Assembly (NCBI GenBank): GCA_000934665.2
Contig: KZ537964.1
Span: forward strand, 124,001-188,000
Direction of reading: 5' to 3'
DNA length: 64,000 bases
From: Catajapyx aquilonaris
Lineage: Eukaryota
Numbering within the stretch: the first letter of the stretch is position 1; each line of letters opens with the position of its first letter. Under the pieces are notes generated by a model. That model was not told where the DNA came from. It saw nothing but the letters and a program-made list of their open reading frames with translations, and ran no database searches. Below, in pieces: positions 52,699 through 64,000 of the stretch. The translations under genes were made by a program, and so were the position numbers.

Positions 52699-53676
52699 CA
52701 GGGGTGGATTACCCATAAGGCCACACTAGGCCATGGCCTAGGGCGGCATATTTTGAAGGGCGGCAACCGGCAAGTTTAAATAAAGCAATGTTATATCAAT
52801 ATATTAAGCAATGCAGTATTATTATTCATATTATATTAGCACGTATTTTCGAGCCAGTCAGACAGCTTTTGGAGACAGATAATAAAACAGTTACAGGCTG
52901 CAGACGCGGCTAAAGCAGCGGTTCTCAAACTGTGGGGCGCCCCCCCCCCCTGGCTTATATCCGATGTGCTTATATCCGATGTGCTTACAGTATAGGAGGA
53001 TTCCACTGTACTTTTCCAGTTATTAGCCTACATTCACCTAAGATTGTATGACCTTGAACAACAACAAAATTCCGCCTGCGGCGGGCTCATTCAGTTTGGG
53101 GAGGGAGGGGGGGGCGAAATCTGAAATTACTTTCTAGGGGGCCCCGATGTGGCAAAGTTTGAGATGCGAGGTGGCTCCCCTAAGGGTACGAGTAGGGCGT
53201 GCCAAATGAACCATAATGGTACACAAAAAATACCATAATTTCGTACAGCCCAATGTTACTCTGTAATTCCACTTCCATGAAAAAAGTGATACGGTACCAA
53301 TTTCGTCAAATACACACCCCGACACACCTATTCAAATCTTCCAGTCAGTTACATTCACCTAAGCACCTTGAACGAAAAAAAATTTAAATTAACTCTCATT
53401 TTAATTAAATACGCGATTTTGGCAATGGCTGTGAGCAAGGTGTAGCCTACGTCTATCTTTGAACGTCATCTATCGCCCTTGGCATGGTATAGGGGGTGCG
53501 ATGACGAGGACCAACTGTCTTCAAAGGGGTGCGGAGGCCCGAAAAGGTTAAGAACCACTGGCCTAAACCGTGTCCACCGCAAGTCCACCGTGTCCCCCCC
53601 CCGCCTGCCCTGATGTTTCCGGGGGCGGAAATTTCAGGACTGGCCTAGGGCGGCAAAGAAGGCTAATCCGCCCCTG
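52699..53676. mobile_element. Non-autonomous hAT element with a nested Charlie-like hAT (52916-53560)
   Basis: TIR CAGGGGTGGATTA / TAATCCGCCCCTG with perfect 8-bp TSD GTCCCATC. Inner CAGCGGTTCTCAA / TTAAGAACCACTG with GGCTAAAG/GCCTAAAC flanks. Confidence 0.85.
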
Positions 53677-54084
53677 GTCCCATCCAATTGTTGCTAGTGT
53701 GCACTTGGACTGTGCACTAACCTGTATATGGTAGGTAGTCTGGGTCATTGATTCATAAGTTTACTCCACCAATCATTGATCCCTAGTTTGTTACTGTTGG
53801 TGAATCACAAACTATACGCAGAACACCAATTAGTGCAGACACTTGTATGAAATCCAACGTTGCAGCGTATGAAACTGCCTCAACTTTTCCCGAACATGCA
53901 CAACACATACTCTGTCGCTTTGTTGCTGTAATGTGTCATTTCCAAATTCCTATTAATGCATTCCAAATCTTCAAAATAATACGAGCAAGGACATTCCCTT
54001 CAGAAAAAAATGGTAGTAAGATCCATGGCGGAATGTAAGTACTGAAACAAGGCAAGGGCATGCACCAATTGATTTTAAGCTGTA

Positions 54085-54404
54085 CAGTGTTGGATGTTAA
54101 TTGCATTGTACTGCTAGCGACATTTTCGGCAGAAGAATGAATCTTGCTCGCACGGCTTGCACTATCCACAGCTTCGATTTGTTCTTCTGCCGCTTCGGAA
54201 AATGTCGCTAGCAGTACAAAGCGATTAATGCTCAACACTGTACAGTGCTGGCCAATAATCGAGGCAACCGCCAGCGACATTTTTCCGAAGCGGAAGAAGA
54301 AGGAATCTGGCTCGCCTGGCTTGTAGCATGCTTATCTTCGATTCCTTCTTCTGCCGCTTCGGAAAAATGTCGCTGGCGGTTCCCTCGATTATTGGCCAGC
54401 ACTG
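54085..54404. mobile_element. Two related Tc1/mariner MITEs in tandem, sharing one TA
   Basis: TA-CAGTGTTG..CAACACTG (54085-54240), then TA, then CAGTGCTGGCCAATAATCGAGG..CCTCGATTATTGGCCAGCACTG (54243-54404), then TA. Confidence 0.88.
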
Positions 54405-56399
54405 TACCTATAGGTCTTACTCAAGTAATTCCCATATTAATTCTCGGCCTCCTTTCTGAAACCCATTCCTTGAGCCACTCCATAAAAGGGTATTAAATGC
54501 AATCTATATCTTCAAAATAAATAAACATAAGTCATACTCCCCATGAACAAAAATTCATAATCTTATTACCAACATGCACCACAATGTGTAACATGTATAA
54601 ATCAGAAACGGTTGCATGATTAACAGTAAATCCATAGCAAATGTTCGGCGTACATTATTCGCGTGAAATCAATCCCTCTGGAATTACTATTGATCACACA
54701 ATCGATCTTCAATTAATCAAGTTTAGCAGACCGGCCTGCACAGTGTAATTATTCAATTACCAGTACTCTCTCCAGCACACGCCACAACATGTGTCCAGCA
54801 ACCACAGGGCCTGTGACCACCACTCGTTTAAGAGCAGATCCGCAGCCACCCGAACCCGACCCCATTCAAAGTGGGAGGGCAAAGCGCGACCCCAGTGCCC
54901 TCCAGTGTCAACCCCGCGAACCATCTAATAATTACAAAGGAAAGAAAAAAAAAGTGCGGACCAAATGAATATTCCATACCGAAAAAAAATTATGCCGATG
55001 TTGCCATATCTACTGACACATTTTAATTTGCAGGCATCAGCAGGGGGGGTGCCAACCGCACTTCTGCATGTAGTAGGCCTTCAACTGTACAAGTGGGGGT
55101 TGTCAACACTGCTGATTACTCACAATGCGGCATATGCACGTAAGCGATCGCGTCAAGAGCCCCCCCTCCCGCAATGACCTTACTTTATGAGGTACTCGAC
55201 CACGAAACAAAAGCCCATGTATGACTTCCTGTTGCCAGCAAATATGTGCTACTTTCGCTTACTGTCAATAACTACTTAATTTATACAGTGCACGTGTATA
55301 CACCCAACAGTGTTTATCTGGCTTATTAACCGCAAACAAAAATAAGCCGCCCCCCTCTCTCCTATCGGTTTGTAAATAAACATCGCTTGCCACATTTTCC
55401 TAAATTTTACTGGGATGGACATTAAATATGGCAACACTGTCCCGATTAGCATCCGGAAGGATCGCCTCTAGTTGTGACGTCACTCGATTAGTGACGGGAA
55501 AAATTGAAACGGAAAAAAAAATCCAGCCTTGGAACATGTACCGGATACGATCCATTTAACATACACTATTAAAAAATTAAATGCCAAAAAAAATCAGCAC
55601 TGAACACAGGCTTGTGTACAGTACACTAGGCCTGGGTATGTGCACAAGCCTATTCGCTAATGACGAGGGGAGGTCATATGCACACACACACTCACTAAAA
55701 TACAAACTGCAACAAACCCGTGCGAATTTTTTTTTGGTTCCGCTCCGTGAATTATCCGATTGTTGCTGGGGTTTTCTCTTAAATCCACAGGAGGTGCACC
55801 CCTCCGCCTCCTTATTGTTGCGCACACTTTTTTTTTTTTTGCAAAGTCCTTTTTTGGTCCGGGATGCCGAATATCCCGAGTTGCACGGAATCGCACGCAC
55901 TACTGAGGGACTGAGAGGAGGGGGGACAACTAGAGGGTGGAGGGGATGGGCAGGGGGAAGGGGAGGGAGGGGGGGGGAGAGAACAAATTTTTGGACACAC
56001 GGAACAGGGACTGGAGGCCGAATTTTTGCTAACTAAAGGAACACTGATTTTTTTTTTCGCAAAATGGTGCTGAACAAGGAACGGCGGAACGAGGGCGATT
56101 GGTTATATTAGCTGCGTGATTGCATGGATTGTGGCGGTTAGTTGCTATATTAGCTGCATTGGGAAGTAGCTTAGGCTGCACTACCGGCTGGACACGTCGC
56201 CTGTACGTTCAACGCAGATACAATCACGTTTCCTGCCCATACATGACGAGATTAAACATACATAAAAAGTCAATAACGGTGTATACAATACGTCATTATT
56301 GATAACTAATGTACAAGCGGAAAATAGCTGTTACACGAACCGGGTGGACGTGTTCCTACTCACGGAAAACCGGTTAGTTGGCATCGGTTAGCGTTGAAG

Positions 56400-56600
56400 C
56401 CGAGTTGGGCGGCCATATTGGAGGTCTGGACCAATCACAGGGCGGTTCGTGGTTCGGAGCGCCAGTATGGCAGAATGCATATGATGGCTGGCCAATGGGA
56501 CACCAGCTAATGCGGCACGTGACTTTGACGAATAAAGATGGCGCCACTCGTCTGGCACGCGACGTGACATGGCTGGAGCGCATGCGCAGGGGGGAAGATC
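56400..56600. promoter_or_regulatory. CpG-rich promoter-like motif cluster downstream of the POLR3A 3' end
   Basis: GGCGGCCATATT (56408) and AAGATGGCG (56535), both YY1/Pho-like. CCAAT at 56431 and 56492. GCGCATGCGC at 56578 (NRF1/Ewg-like). Confidence 0.5.
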
Positions 56601-57038
56601 GGCGCAGCATTTGAAGTTGAATTTTTTTTGGATCTCATTTTCAGTGTTGCATTTCTTCAAAATGGCCTAATTAAAGTCTGCAATTGACATGATTTATTCT
56701 TGTACGGTGCTGCAGTATGTACAAGGGTTCAATGAGGTTCGGCGCAATTTGTGCATTCCAATTAAAACAGTTTGTGGACCAACATGTTCATAAATATTGA
56801 ACTAGAGTTTTTAATACATGCTTTGCAGGGTTACATTTTTTGCAAAATTCTGGTTGTTCAGTCTTGTCTCGGTATAATGTATGGTGTATAAAAATCACCT
56901 GACAGCATGTCAACATTTCACTAGGGAATATATACAGTTTTCTTTATACATTGCGATAATTCGTACCTTTCACCCGCCTCGAAGAATAACATTAGTGGGA
57001 CAAACCTTCAGGCCAACTCTTAGTTTTACTTAAGTTTG

Positions 57039-64000
<6,962 letters not shown>

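Noticed and set aside
54595..54700. Box C/D snoRNA on the minus strand (ends ..TTTCTGA)
   Set aside because: No convincing RTGATGA box C, terminal stem or recognisable rRNA complementarity.
55581..56036. 151-aa plus-strand ORF
   Set aside because: Runs through homopolymers and G-tracts with no recognisable domain. Better explained as antisense to a UTR-like exon.

Overview
Eukaryotic genomic DNA, arthropod-like judging from gene content and SINE/MITE types; the species cannot be fixed from the sequence. Five spliced protein-coding genes can be assembled by hand. They are a CD36/class-B scavenger receptor (+, 9727-12492), DNAJB12/14 (-, 13990-19472), LRPAP1/RAP (+, 20996-22420, head-to-head with the DnaJ gene), the ankyrin/KH gene mask/ANKHD1-ANKRD17 (-, 24549-49605, about 22 coding exons, polyQ-rich) and the RNA polymerase III largest subunit POLR3A (-, 57039 to beyond the window end). 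Introns and intergenic DNA are dense in MITEs (Tc1/mariner, hAT, PIF/Harbinger, CACTA-like), tRNA-derived SINEs and decayed transposase/RT remnants, often nested. Best-supported oddities: a U12-type AT-AC intron as the last POLR3A intron, and two frame-required GC-AG introns. More speculative: an unannotated promoter plus spliced non-coding exons between POLR3A and mask, ending at a ~105-nt structured element with a Pol III B-box-like motif; a CRE/CCAAT bidirectional promoter shared by two ER chaperone genes; and a ~75-bp degenerate tandem array upstream of LRPAP1. No CRISPR, rRNA or intact tRNA genes were seen. All exon coordinates were derived by eye; no database searches were run.
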